A stretch of 64,000 nucleotides of DNA, taken from the NCBI GenBank assembly GCA_030141605.1, contig JAQGDQ010000103.1, forward strand, positions 496,001-560,000, written 5' to 3'. Each line of letters opens with the position of its first letter. Within the stretch, counting starts at the first letter, position 1. The position numbers and the translations under genes were made by a program. Below the pieces are notes generated by a model. That model made no database searches. It saw only the letters and a list, made by a program, of their open reading frames with translations, and was not told where the DNA came from. The DNA comes from Tubiluchus corallicola. Taxonomy: Eukaryota; Animalia; Priapulida. This document shows, in pieces, positions 13,397 to 27,262 of the stretch.

Positions 13397-13818
13397 TGTT
13401 ACGGGGTGGGGGGGTGCCAATTATTTTCGACCCCCTCTACATTGTGATAGTTCGATCCATTACGAAGCCATTACATATCGGCGTTGCATAGCAGCTATAA
13501 GTAGCTGGCATGGAATGGCCTCTTCGGTTCAGTCGGCAGACGGACAGGTGCGTTTACCACCTAAACACGATCAGCATGAGGAACGCAGGAAAAGATTCTG
13601 GTTAAGTTTCATCTTAATTTTTTATTTACATTTTCACATGTCTTCTCTATTTTCACATCTACAACATTTGTCTGCAACATGGTTTGGCTGATCCAGTTTT
13701 GAACCTTGGACCTCTTGGCCGCCTCCGCAACAACATGTTGCAATAATAAACAAGACAGACCCGCAGCTTTTTACGCGAATCCAGCTAGCTCCAGCATCCA
13801 TTGCCTTTGCAAGTCACA
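13397..13818 (+). mobile_element. possible solo LTR
   Basis: TGTTAC...GTCACA termini, internal TATAAG and AATAAA, higher GC than the flanks; no matching TSD found. Confidence 0.3.
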
Positions 13819-14711
13819 GTTTGCACAAATTAATAGGTTTAGAGTTTAGACAATAAAATACCTGCTCATTTTTAGACTAACTACTAACCACTTTATAATT
13901 CATGAACATATATATATATATATATATATTATATTATATAATAATTATATGCATACGTTATTTATCATTTTGTTTTCACGAATATAACCGTCTTTGTTGC
14001 GTCGAAGGTAAGAAGTCAAAGTCGTTATGTTATAAAAGACAGTTTAAAAACTTGCACTTAAAAAAGAAATAAGCAATTGAATTTTAATGTATATATGTCG
14101 CGGAAATAGAAAACAATAGAACATGCTTCATTTCTAATAAGCGCTAAATTGTCATGAAGCGTAGCTTCTAGCGACAGAATTCCTCACGAAGAAAACACCG
14201 AGGAAAATTTTCAGAAATGCGCCATACAAGACAATGCGTTCCATTTTCGCGAGGAATTCTTCCTCGAGAAATTTTGACGCGCGACCTCTGTGTGAAATTG
14301 GCCTTAGTCCAACATGCAACAACACTCTACTAGTAATCAATAATGCGCGTATTTTCCATTTTCCAAGTGTGTTTCCTGATATCTAGAATGCGATTTTAGT
14401 ATCAACGTCATCCTACTCTACAGTGTTTGAAAATCGGTTTGAAAAGAAATTCCATCGTTACTCGCTGTGAAAGCATACAGGTGGTACTCATATCATTAGA
14501 GGGGGTTACTTTAAAAAAAGCCATTAATGCAACTCACTTTGCTATAAACTGAGAGAGAAATTTTAGTCAAAAAACGTTCACATTCAGATTAAATGTTTGT
14601 CGCTCAGAAAATCGCCTGGAAACATAAAGAGAACCGATTTCAAGAATAACACCGTTGTCGGAAACATCTTTCCGATTGGAAAATTATCGTCTATATATTA
14701 ATTTCAGTGGT

Positions 14712-14745
<34 letters not shown>

Positions 14746-14749
14746 GATT

Positions 14750-15300
14750 CGAGGGTACAGCGCCGACGACGGCACCATTTGCGGCGATCTATATATCAAA
14801 TGAAAGGTCTCGATCTAATGTGGTCTCATTGGGGGTTTATCTTTTTAATCGGGTCCACCCGGATGAATGGGGTGCGAAAAACCCCCAGAAATAGCCCTTT
14901 TCGGCCGTTTTTTGCAAAACTTATACCTCTTATTTCTGGAGAATGGGAATGAGGTTGGGATGATGCTGGCTATGGATAGATAGCCCGTTCAGCTGTGGGT
15001 GTAGTAGATGTATTTAGAATTCGCGTGAGGGCCACGGCGAGCCGTAACCGGCATTTTCCCAGACACCACTCCCGATTTTTTTCGAAATTTGGTCAAACAA
15101 CATGCGGAAAAAACATTCTAGCGGCGCCTGGTGGGTCTCTCGAAAGGAGGTATGTAGCTCTTTAGAAAGAGGAGGAACAGCGCTACACGACGGTGTAGGC
15201 TATGTTTTAGGACACCTCAACCAGGAGTGGCGACGAGTTAATTAGAGGTTCCATTTCCGGCAATTCTCACTTGGAAAAGTGCTGACACAAAGCCTTTGTT
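14750..15300 (+). mobile_element. GC-richer unclassified repeat next to a (TA)n tract
   Basis: GATCTA...GAAAGGTCTCGATCTAATGTGGTC matches the reverse complement of 55318-55357; right boundary approximate. Confidence 0.4.
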
Positions 15301-15877
15301 CTGACGTCATCCATTATACTCTGCCTGTAATTTTAATTCAGTAAAAGCTGCTGCTGGCTTTGTGTTAGATAAACAAACAACACTAGGTAGAATGTTCACG
15401 CATTGTTGATTATAAGTGGATTCATTTTTGCTGGGCCTTTGCTAGTTGCACATTATTCTACTTAAAGCTATTTAAAAAGAATCCCATGTATAGTAGGAAC
15501 GTAACTTTCTGTAGCTTAACTGTAATGATCAACTTTAAAGCAAAGTGAGTCACTACTGTCAGCGCCTCATTAACTACGTAATAATCTAAATGCATTTGGT
15601 ATAAGAGTGTGGGCAGGAAGTAGATCCCTGGGAATACCTGTCTGGTGCGCGAAATGGTTGGAACAGGTTTTTCCCCATGTTATAGCAATTTCTAAAACGT
15701 TTTCGTACAGTACGAAACTGTGCACAGATAAATAGAGAAATTAGTACCAACAATTATGACTGTAACTCAATATGACGTCTAACACATTTATTATTGTATT
15801 TCAACATGTGTTTAACATTGTGCAATAGTTGCAAATAAGTAATTGCATCATGATATTTTAATAATTCGTTCTTTGCC

Positions 15878-18363
15878 TTTATTTATCTCTAGGAAGGAAC
15901 TACAATGAAGATCGACAAAATACAAAAATATGCTTTTCGTGAACTTCCTTTAGATAAAAAAAACCTTCAGTCTGATAGCTTAAAAACCCACATTTAAGAG
16001 CCAACAAAAAATAACTAGAACTTTTACAAGTTCGTGACATAGCGTCGAAGAGCACTGTGCCGTTTTTCAAGTCCGCGACGTTCATTAGGTGGGAATAGAA
16101 ATCTGATAAGAAGTAATAACATCATAAGATTAACATCATAAGATTATTGCAGATCTTATTATATAATACCATATCATATAAGGTTATGGTCTTATTATAT
16201 GTTATTATGTTATTATATCATATTATGGTTATTATATAAGACCATAAGAAATAATGCGATTTTCGCACACCTTATTATATAATACCAATAAATGTCATAT
16301 TAAAAAGACTCTCATTATTTAGGGGGGGGGGGGAATTTGATAAGAAACAACAACATCAACGAAGCAGTTAACATAGCCATGAAATTTATTTTGGCTGTTT
16401 TAGCTGTCTTGGCAGCTATTCCCAGCAGATCAAAACCTACAAACAAAAATAGGATGGATGTACCATGAGAGTCCGCCATGAGAGACAACAGCAGCAGAGG
16501 ATCATGCAGTATAAACAAGCACGGTCTATAACAAAAAGTCCCACAGAAGCCACACTGTTTGTGCAGTGAGAGATCACCACAAATTATGTACATACAGAAA
16601 ATTTTTGTTATTAATTCTTAGATAATTTTTAAGAATTTGGCTTTTATTGTATCTATGTTTAAATTGCCTTCAACACTTGCAGGACCGTGTTTTCCAATAG
16701 GCATATTTGTGTAAGAAGTTTGAGATAATGAAATTATAGGGTTTGGAATACGCAAATCAAACGGTACAATATCTGTGCAAAACTGTTGTGACACAAGGAG
16801 CAAAATCGTATTTATTATAAAACATTTGAGTGAGTGTTAAATGAGAATAGATTAGCTGTTTTCCATTTTCAAAAACTGAACTTGCGTTTTTTTCTTGAAG
16901 CGTCATATCGGTAATTTAACACAAGAAAATATGGTCTATGCTCGCGGACGGATTAACCATTAGGCTAATAAGGCTATAGTCTTAAGCCCTAAATTTTGAT
17001 CATCATAGTCGATGATCAATAGACAAAGATAATGATGTTTAATAAACAGGATAACAAAATTATTTAAACTGAACATGCTAAAGACAATCAGGTAATATAT
17101 GTTTTCCTTTTTTGTGCTTTGCTATTAAACACTTGAGTGATCATGCCTATATTGTACACAAAGCTTTTCACTGTAGACCCACACATTTGTACACAGGATA
17201 TTTCCCACAGAACATTTCGACTCAGGCAGTCTTGACTACATAGGCAACTAGGGCATGTCTGTTATTGGACACATAGGTAATTTGGGCACATGGATCATTT
17301 TGATAAGGTATTATGACGAAGTTTTACGCGCGAAACTATTAAATTTTAAACGTCTAAAAGTTAACAAAACGCCATTTTCTTTGGTGTAAGCTAAGCAGTG
17401 TTAGCTTTTTGATTTGAGAGCCATAGCTTCCTCGTTGCTTTCCGGCCGCTGCTACCCAGGCCACACGAATCGAAAAGCAAGGATGATCAGTGGTCGAATG
17501 ACTAAGTTGCTTTCATACATTGCTTGAATCGCATAATTCACAGCAATAAAGTTCATATATTCATGGACTTCTGGTTTGTAATGTTGGATTATAAGCAAAA
17601 TATAGGATGGTGTAGATAAAACGACAAATGCTAAAGAAATGAGTGCGGCGCCGACGCAGCGTTTAGTGGTGTATTCGTAACTGTAGTCATCATTGCTCTT
17701 TCTGATCAATTTGCTGATAATGGTGAACAACCACAGTACGAGAAGTGCTACGACCGGTAACACCAGGTTAACCAAAAATGGTGCAAATGACATTAGAGTC
17801 TGGGATACGTTTTCCCACACGCAAATTGTCTTTGTTTCGGAAGTGCTAATTTCGACAGTTTTCACTCCAAATAGTACAAAGCTGAACACGGCAGCACCAA
17901 TGATCCACAAAGCAAGCATGACCAGTGCATACCACCAGCGCAACGATGTTTTCCTGGTAAGGGCTACAAGCAGTTTATCTGCGACTAAAACAACGATGGA
18001 ATAATCAGAGACGAACGAATGAATGCAGTAGCCAATATAAATGGAAGCTTTGCATGTGGAGTCGCTGAATTGCCACAAATGTTCATTCAGGACGGTGCAT
18101 ACAAGTAGTGACAGAAACACAGTTGCAATCAAGTCGCATACGGCCATGTTTGTTACAATGATTCCTGTGTTAGTGAGAGTTTTCTTTGTCAAGATCCACA
18201 TAAAATGAACAATGATGACTGCAAGGTTTAAACAAATGCCAAGAACCGTTATGATGATCAAAATGGCGACATAAGCTATGTCAGTTTTACCCATCTTGTA
18301 CTCGTGATGAGGTGTGCTGAAATTGCTAAAGCTGATATTTACGTAATAATCTATCATCTTTCC
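15878..18363. repeat. segmental duplication, copy 2 (partner 8546-11005)
   Basis: Direct, colinear copy with small indels. Confidence 0.95.
17452..18357 (-). CDS. class A orphan GPCR, copy 2, C-terminally shortened
   Basis: Paralog of 10031-10999; TAC->TAG after WPG removes the last 17 aa while the ancestral stop remains at 17401-17403; candidate acceptor tttcaatttcag just upstream of the ATG. Confidence 0.8.
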   Translation of the reverse strand: MIDYYVNISFSNFSTPHHEYKMGKTDIAYVAILIIITVLGICLNLAVIIVHFMWILTKKTLTNTGIIVTNMAVCDLIATVFLSLLVCTVLNEHLWQFSDSTCKASIYIGYCIHSFVSDYSIVVLVADKLLVALTRKTSLRWWYALVMLALWIIGAAVFSFVLFGVKTVEISTSETKTICVWENVSQTLMSFAPFLVNLVLPVVALLVLWLFTIISKLIRKSNDDYSYEYTTKRCVGAALISLAFVVLSTPSYILLIIQHYKPEVHEYMNFIAVNYAIQAMYESNLVIRPLIILAFRFVWPG

Positions 18364-18678
18364 TATCAACTGAAATTGAAACTATTATACTTCTATAAAA
18401 TTTAGAAACTTCTTTCAGATAGCTGCAGCGGATTTTTGACCAACACGTTCTAGCACCACACACTAAACACCGTTAACTGAAGTGACAGAGAGCAAGAACA
18501 GATGTTTATGGGAAGTCTGGCGATGTTGGATGTTGCGTATCATGTTGCAGATAATTGACGCCCTGGAAGTTACTATCCCACCGAGGGTAACGAAGCCTCA
18601 CTGCAGGAATGCAGATCTGAGAAATTAAGTAAGCAGAATCTTCTTGATTTATCCACGGTTAATAATTATTTATTTATC

Positions 18679-18786
<108 letters not shown>

Positions 18787-18824
18787 TCTCCAGTTTCAAG
18801 GTGTGAAGTTTATTCAGCAAATGA

Positions 18825-19600
18825 TTATTTAGTACAGTTTGACCGAATTACAATCCAGTATTCAATTATTGGCTTTACAAATACTTTATAAAAAATGGCC
18901 AAATTATACGTTTTGAAGTTGAGTAAATAAAATGAAAGAAGTATTTTATTGACTTTTTGTTTAATATAATTTACATGGAAGTTCCAGTTAAGCGCGGAAT
19001 CGAATATTAATCCTGTATTGACGACTTCAACTTCAGAATTACCGAAAAAACGAGACCATTTAGCACGGAGAGTAATCTTTTGCGTGAACATAAAATTGAC
19101 TTTGTTTTTTAGATATTTATTGTAACTCCCCAAATAGAACACCAGTTTTTAATTTCGTGTAAATCTCGTTTTAAACTTTCAACGCTAAAACGCATACTGG
19201 TAGTTGGACGGAGTAAAGTTGTATTGTCAGCTGTCGCGAGTGACTGTCGAGGAACTATTTTGGGACGCGTAACAACATAGTGGTAAGTCATTTAAGCAGA
19301 AAGCGTGTGAAGAACACGACTTTGGCATTGCTTTCGTCTTTATTTTTGTTATATTTTGTGTCTTATAGACGAATAAACTTTCTTTTATCGTTAAATCTTG
19401 AGTTACCTTAATTTCTGGGAACTAAAACAATCTACAGATCAAATAAGATAATAGGAAGCGTGGACGCCATGAAAGAAAACTAAACAAACGCTTTCCTACC
19501 TCAGCAAACAAGTGCACTATATTTTCCAAGTTGTCAGCAGTGTCATTAATAAATACTAAAAAAGTAATGGTCCTAAAATGGACTGACTTAAAATGGTCCA
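18825..19600 (-). mobile_element. degenerate CR1/L2-type LINE reverse transcriptase fragment
   Basis: FLVFIND..HLFA|DNTTL..LKRDLHEIKNWCSIWG and GLIFDSALNWNFHV..FYKVFVKPIIEY match the RT core and downstream region; frameshifted and interrupted. Confidence 0.8.
19232..19500 (+). mobile_element. 269-bp solo-LTR-like insertion with 5-bp TSD TCAGC
   Basis: TCAGC at 19227-19231 and 19501-19505; starts TGT; internal AATAAA; ends ACC (expected ACA); removal restores LINE HLFADN. Confidence 0.7.
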
Positions 19601-19879
19601 CTGACTTATTCACCTGTTTATGTTGCAGTGAATTAGGCCTATAGATTTATCTTTTGTTAGTTTACCAATAATAATGCGCAATCAATTAAAAAGCGTCATA
19701 TAAATATATATAAATATTATAAATTATAATAAAAATATAACAAATCTGTTGATTTGTATAAAATTTGGATTTTGATATTGCTTGCATGTTTTAATGAAAG
19801 TCAATCTGGTCTACATAAATCTGAGACGTAGAAATACATAAATCTATTGAATGCGCACAACTGTGTTTCCTTCACATCT

Positions 19880-20415
19880 TTAAAGCTAAACCGGACCCAA
19901 TTTTAAACTGTAGGTAAAAACAATCTAATCTTTAAAACTTTGAAAGGAAACACACTATTTCTTCAAAAATGACTTACGTGAGAGAATTATTACTACACAA
20001 ACACATTTTCACGTTCGTGCCACTATTTCTTCGCTGTTATATGCATTTCGCCATTCACTAGTTAGACGGGTACTAGCATCTGCATTTTGGGAACGCATTG
20101 CACAAAAAACGGGTGCTGTACCTCTCAGTTCAGCTGCATTATTTTGTGACGAACTACACACGTTCGACAGCTCATGCTTGAACACAGCGGTAAATTTGAA
20201 ATTTGAATTTTTATCTTAAATCTTGTGTAGTTTTAGTGCAACACGTCGAATATCTTACAGTAGCACTGTACTTCAATTTTCGCTTTCGCAAACACCTGCA
20301 ACACGCTCATGGAATATTTTTGTTGTTGAAAATTACATTGGTTTGTGATGTCATCAGTAATTGGGTTCGCCCGCTGTTAATTTAGTTTTGCAGTATTAAT
20401 TGTGTTAAAATGTAT
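19880..20415 (+). mobile_element. dispersed repeat family A, copy 2 (Kolobok-like)
   Basis: About 530 bp colinear with 46899-47430 and 49358-49866. Confidence 0.75.
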
Positions 20416-21009
20416 CCTGGAGTGTATTTGCAAGTTTATAGGAACTACTTTTTTATTTATTATTTTTATGTACACTTATTTTGTACATTAAAAATACATA
20501 ACATTAGAAAAAAAACTGAAAACAATCAGCTACTGCCACGCTTACCACGTACGAAGTACCTACATATATATATATATATATATAATGTTGTATTGTATTT
20601 TATTATATTGTATTGTCTGTCACTTGTCTTCGTCATAAGTAATACTATTACATATGTATATTATACATATTAACAATTATGATAATAATATATAATGCAT
20701 ATATATTGCAGTTAACATACGTAGATAAGTGTCATATCTACCAGTAAAATGATTATGTATATCCATTTCAAATTAACGGATATTTGCAAAAGTGTTACAT
20801 GCATTTAAAAGTAAAATAATACAAACGACATCAATCACAGTAAACATTTCAATGTAAAACAAATACACCTATTACAAACGAGGAACGTGTACTGTAACAG
20901 AATGTCTCATTGATCTCTTACTTTTACCCTTAGCGCCTGCTTTTGCAAATTAAAAGAAAATACTTTCTATGGAAGCGTAGCTTTAGACCTATTTTGTAAG
21001 TTTGAAAGT

Positions 21010-21200
21010 TTGAATTAAAAAATACCACAATTAAAAACAAGGAAAAAAGAAAGAATGGACACAATGTTTCAAACTACTTTTGCAGTTCTTCAAGTGAAAA
21101 ACAAAAAAAGAAAAAAATCACCTGAAGAAGAACTACCGTGGTGATTTGAAACATTTAATTTTCTTTCTTTTCTTCTTTTTTGTGGGATTTTTTTATTCAT
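21010..21200. mobile_element. inverted pair of degenerate hammerhead-like motifs with inverted flanks (Penelope-like pLTR relic)
   Basis: (-) cac TTGAAGA actgc aaaa gtagt t TGAAA catt gtg at 21060-21096; (+) cac CTGAAGA ag..tt TGAAA catt at 21119-21155; the flanks are also mutual reverse complements. Confidence 0.5.
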
Positions 21201-21402
21201 AGTTATTATTCTTGTCATTTAATCAAAATAGGTTTCTTGCAGTTAGTTACCAGACCTACTTAGATCTAATAAAAATCTAATAATAGGCTCCGTTGAAGCG
21301 AAGACTACTAGTAATGGTAATAAATTTCCGTTCTATAGTGAAAATCAACGCGTTTTCGCTAAAAATTCTCAAAGATTGAAATTCTCTTGGTTGGATGGGA
21401 AT

Positions 21403-22112
21403 ATATCGAGTGGCGCAGAAAATGTGCGGTAGCTTAGACCACAATATTATTTGAAGCGATTGCCCAACAAAATTAAAAATTCGCAGTGTGATACTAAAGT
21501 ACAGTAACTTTTTCCTGTGAAAAGTACAAGGTTATAGCTTTAGCGGATTTTAAGTTATGGTAGAAAAACTTTTGCATGTTAAAAAATTAAATGCCGAAAC
21601 AATATCAGCTAGTCTCTAGTGAAAAACAACCACTTTCAGTGACGTATAAAACACTCACTACACGGCAGCAATCAATGAAATAAAATCAGCCCGTTTACAT
21701 TGTGATCTTCACCGTGGAAAATAAATCATTGATAAAGATTTGTTGCCAAGAAAAAATGGAACTTAATCCTGTGATCTACGCACTGTGTACGATGGCCGGA
21801 CAGAGCCGTTTGATGCAGGGGAACTAAAGCCAAAACGTGCAAAGTGCTGGGATCAAGTACACCTTAAAGAAGTGAGAAACTATGTCAGCCATTGGGAGAA
21901 ATGCCTTCGTCTAGTTTGGAGTGAAAATGGTGAACGTATAGGACATAACAATAGTAACGCAACGTTTATTCCGACAATTATTCCTCTGATTTAAAACTTA
22001 TGTATCTTTGGAAATGTTTAAGGAATAACTTTTTAGCGTTTATACGGTAATTTTTAAGCGGTTTTGTCATTTCTTTCTTACAATATCGGCATAGTTTTTC
22101 GTCGCCTTATAT
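21403..22112 (+). mobile_element. internally deleted Tc1/mariner element with a transposase C-terminal relic
   Basis: ELNPVIYAL (~SPDLNPxDY), then ELK..CWDQV...VR..VSHW.KCLRLV..ENGERIGH; degenerate TA-flanked TIRs. Confidence 0.65.
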
Positions 22113-23769
22113 AATTTATGTGATACTCTGTACATCAGCTTTGCTTCAAACAGAAAGGCCAAACAGACGCTACCCGTTCTTATTCTTAAAATGCTTGTAA
22201 GATATAGTTCTGTTTTTCTGGGTGTGCTGGCTCTAATCTCATATTTTCACTTCTGAGTGAAATCTTGACACAGCTGTTACTTTGTGTGGCCATTGGTTCT
22301 GATTAAAACAATCTGTTAAATAATGAACTTTTTGTATTCAGGTAATATACATTATAAAACTGAATGAACGGTTTGCTACCCTCTCTACCAACATAAAATC
22401 ATTCTGCAAGAAGCAAGTATGAATGCTTCACCCGGCTTCCCAGCTTAAGCAAATAACCCACATGGTGTTCCCCACAGTCTCAGATCTCAAAAAGCAGCAC
22501 GGTAATTGCATTGTCCGTCATTTTGTGTTAAGCAGCAATAACAACTTTTTGTTTAGAATTCTCACAGAACCTAGTATTTGTGGGCAGAATATAATTACTA
22601 CAATTTAAATTTTTGATCCTAAATGTGTATATTAAGTACATTGCAGCAATCCAGATACAAAAAACGATACAATCCAGATGCTTAAAACAGTTATGTCTGT
22701 AAATAGCTTTATTTGTATAAACATCAAACAATACTCATCTGTTCTTGTCAAAACATTTATTTATCCGTATTATACTATTCTGCGCTGTACTAAACAAATA
22801 ATCACTTAAAATAAGTCTAAAGAAATACTTTACTGCGGGTGACGTAACAGAACTGTTTGCATAAGTACTAAAAGAGGGTTATTGGAACATTACATCATTA
22901 ATGAGCCATTTGATCTCTAACAATCGTTAACACCGAAATGTTGTATCAATGGAAGCGTCATTTGATGAGGCAATTATGTGCTGCCATCTGTGTCAAAAAT
23001 GAAATTCACTTTTCAGCAAGTCAGCACACGCAGCGCTTCACTGTGATTCTTTCAGTCAAGAACCACCTTCTGCGTACTAATAATTATAAAAATCGAGAAT
23101 ATTACACATATAAAATGATAAATTAATTTGATATTTTCAAGAGAAAAATGAGTAAGTTTATCAACATTAGGCGTCCATAAACCAGTCTACCTGGACGGCT
23201 GGACCTCCTGTTATTTTCTTAATCTGAATATGTTTGCAAGTTGATTCTAGGCAGTTCCTCCTTCTTGTAGAATGCGTACACGTTTAGACCTACTAAAAAT
23301 ATGGCCTAAATATCTACGCACTATAGGCCATATTTTTAATATGGCTCACCATGTACCTCTATGTTCATCACCTTCGGTGTCTCGAAACGTGTCCTCTGCA
23401 TCGTGGCGACGAACAGCTTGTAGCGACCAAAACGTATTCCAATATTATTATTAAGAAGTGCTTTATACGAGTAATGCCCGGGCTATTACTATTATTTCTA
23501 GCACAATCAAAGCAGACTAATTATACAGAATTTTAACAGAAATTATACAGGTTTTAAGCCTATAGAGGCTTCGCGATTACACCTATAATTCTAGGACAGT
23601 CTATAAAATTTAGCAACGGCTACCAAAATAAAGGCCTGGCAAAAAAAGTTGCCAGGTTTTTTCTTACATTTCTAGTGACCGTTTATATTAGTCATTATAT
23701 TAGGTACAATGATTCTGTTGCGTGTTATAATACATGTAAAAGCCAAATATAATAATAGTTATATTTTAT

Positions 23770-24002
23770 CATTGTTACAACCCTCTACACAAAATGAAAA
23801 CGATAAGCACTTAAATGCCTGACGTATGGCGGAACTTTATTATTGTTACAACAATGAATAACGCTCTGCACAAAAAACACTAAGCACTTTTAGTACCTGT
23901 CGCATGGTGGAACTTTGTTACAACAATGAACTGCACAAAAAACAGTAAGCAGATACCTGTTGTATGGTGGAATTTTAGCATTGCTACAACAATGAACTAC
24001 TC
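23770..24002. repeat. diverged 60-75-bp tandem repeat (~3 units)
   Basis: TGTTACAAC...CACAAAA..TAAGCA..CCTG..ATGG.GGAA recurs. Confidence 0.7.
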
Positions 24003-26194
24003 TTTACTAGAAAAAACTTACTACTTTAATTTTAGTTTTCAATGACACACAAAGATATCGCTAGCTACCGTATCACAGAGTATAAGCAAAATTAGCTGTG
24101 AAGACTACAGTACAAAAATTCAGCGCGAACTACGTCTAAAGTCGAAAGATTCCTTCCACTGCTTTTTGTTGGATCACTCGATGATGCGCCTACACGTAGA
24201 GATTTCTCTTGCCATGTTACCTGATGCAGTTGCCGATGGAGACTGAGCAAAAGTAGTTCACCGACTGTGCGTGAATGTAACGTATATTATTCTTTATGAG
24301 TGAACGCATGGTGTTTCGGCACGGTTAGCACTGTGTTCCGGGGTTCACTAGGACAGTATTGTAACGGCTAGGCATGCAATGGACAATGCATTGCGTCTAG
24401 GCCATTAGCGGTCGTTGCCCCACTTACCCAGGTTCTAGCAGCATTCAGCTTTGCAAGATCGATGCGTTCAAGCTTTTGCAAAAGCCCAAATTTGCTTTGA
24501 AAATTCGTGTGACAACCATTACGCAAATAAAACGCATTTTAATTGCGGTTATTTTGAACGTGTAATTTATCACAGCAGCCTAGGTGGTTTAACGCCTGCA
24601 TTACCTAGTTACGAACAAAAACAGAGAAACACCAGCGTCTAGTTAAGAAAATTTACATTATAAAGTTTATTGTAGACAACTTCCATTGCAAGGACAAAAT
24701 GAAGAAAAAACAATGACAACAAAAACAAAGAATCAAAACAAAAACAACAAAAATAATTTTCACTTTTACGAAACATAATTATAGACCAATGAATCATAGA
24801 CCATAAGTACAAAAGTGCATTTTCCACATTCTGTATGTGTTCATAATACTGGCGATTCTACTAAGCTATCTACTAATTATGTACATTAATCCTATTAATT
24901 AAGAACTAGTTAAGTTAGTTATTTTACATTAATAAAGGTAGGCCATATTGTTTATAGTGTACCACAGGTTGTTTGGCCATATTTCTGGACGTTATCATGA
25001 CAGGGCACGTATACATATGACACATTCAATATTGGAAAACACTTTCCAACAAACATAATAATTAAGCCTTAATCACACTGATCCATTATGTTATTCTTTC
25101 TCATTATTAACATAATGTATGGAAACATGGGTTTTTAAACCACTATATTAGTCTTCATAGTTTATCTACTTGTTTGATAGCTTGAAGTAACTTTTAGTCA
25201 ACAAATCAAATCAAACGGGTGGCGCATTATGCAAATTAGGTTGCTTGATAAATTTAGTTGCAGTGACGACTCGAAGTTCAAGTTTCTTTTACCTGAAATT
25301 ACAGACTGTTAGCAAAATTTGACGAGAACTGAAATTGTAGTTGGCAAAACAGTTTTAAAATTAGTTACAGAAGTTCAGCGCTTCTTAATAGGGACTGGCA
25401 GACAAAAATGATTCACAAAGTTTACGTTTGGATTCGAACTCGGAAGTAAACTGCTAATGCTTTCACAAAACAATTTAAGCAAACGTTAATGCAACAGTCT
25501 TACTAATTAAGACGCACGAAACTTCTACACATAATTAGGAACGTAATTACGTAATTAGGTACGACCTGGCTACACAATTACACACATGTGTAAAAGTCCA
25601 ATTACTGACAGCTTGAAGCGTTTGTTCTTATTCTCAGTGTATGGTCTGTTTTTTGCTTTTTGATCATTTCAATCTACATTCAATAAATGGAAATAGTTTT
25701 TCGTATAATTAAATCCACAAGACATTAACTGAACAACGAAGTATTGCACAAATGTGATTGCATCAAAATGTAATTATAGTCACCTCAGTGAATATTTTTA
25801 AGACCAGTTCACTTAGAAAAGTAGGCCATTTATCAGTGGTTGGTTTGATGCAGAAAGTGTTTCACGCGCTATCAGTGCGCATGTGTAGACAAATTCTATG
25901 GAAATATCTTTTTAGAATTTATTGTATCTGTTGCCTAATTGAAAAAAATTGCAAAAATGATCAAGCACCAGTCGCCGCACCCAAATTCACCTTCTGCATC
26001 AAGAAAATTGATTTACTTTAACGTTTAATTTGGAAAACAACTCTTGACTGACTGATTTCGATGTAGTTTTACTGTTACAAACAGTTTACTTTTGACGTAT
26101 TTACACAATTTGTAACTTCATCATAGGCCATTTGCAAACTTTATTATCAGGCATGTTTATAGTTTAGTTTATACAGTGTTTGTGATCAAAGCTG

Positions 26195-26409
26195 CTAGAG
26201 TTTTCTATGCGTTGATGAAAATGTTTTCATTGATATGACGAGCTCTCCGTCTGTGTCCGGCGAAAACTTTGCATAACGTCTTCTCCGAAAGTACGCAACA
26301 ACAGCTACACTGATAATGAACACCAACAGCATTATCATCACCGTCAGCGTCACGGCTATCGTAGTCTTGGCGACGCACTGTGTATTGGGAGCTGGCAAAT
26401 GTGTCGCAC
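26195..26409 (-). CDS. ZP-domain protein, last exon (TM helix and cytoplasmic tail)
   Basis: Acceptor ttttttgtag, phase 1; GATHLPAPNTQC + IAVTLTVMIMLLVFIISVAVVAYF + RRRR, then stop. Confidence 0.85.
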
Positions 26410-26939
26410 CTACAAAAAAATCAACAGATCAATAAATTACCAATAATCAACTAATTACAAATTACATAGTTTTCAACTCAGCATTACCTTTGTTCGGTGA
26501 AAGTACTAAGTCTAGAGGAGGCGGGTGCAGAAAGATGTTTTCTCGTAATAAAGATTGTATACGATTAATACCCAAGCATTAAACTAGGTCGTTAGTGCTG
26601 CTAGGGGCATTTACTGTAGTAGCATAGTTTCTTTAGTAAGACTGACGTTTTTACTTATTATTTCGCACGAGTTGGGTTCATGCTTTTTTGTCCATTTAAT
26701 AGACTGAACATTTTTTAATGTCTGTTAAGTTTTTTCTTGTTTTTTATTGGATCTGTTTGCTCAGTGACACAGCCTTCTCGTGTACGAGTTTTTTGTTTGC
26801 ATTTTGGTTCTTCCTTGCTTTGTTCGTGCGCTGCATTTAGTTGTTTGTTTGTTCCTTTATGGATTTATTCATTCATTCTGTCATTCACTCATTTGTTTCT
26901 CCTTCATTTACTTGCTCGGTCGTTCGTTCGTCCATCGAT

Positions 26940-27262
<323 letters not shown>

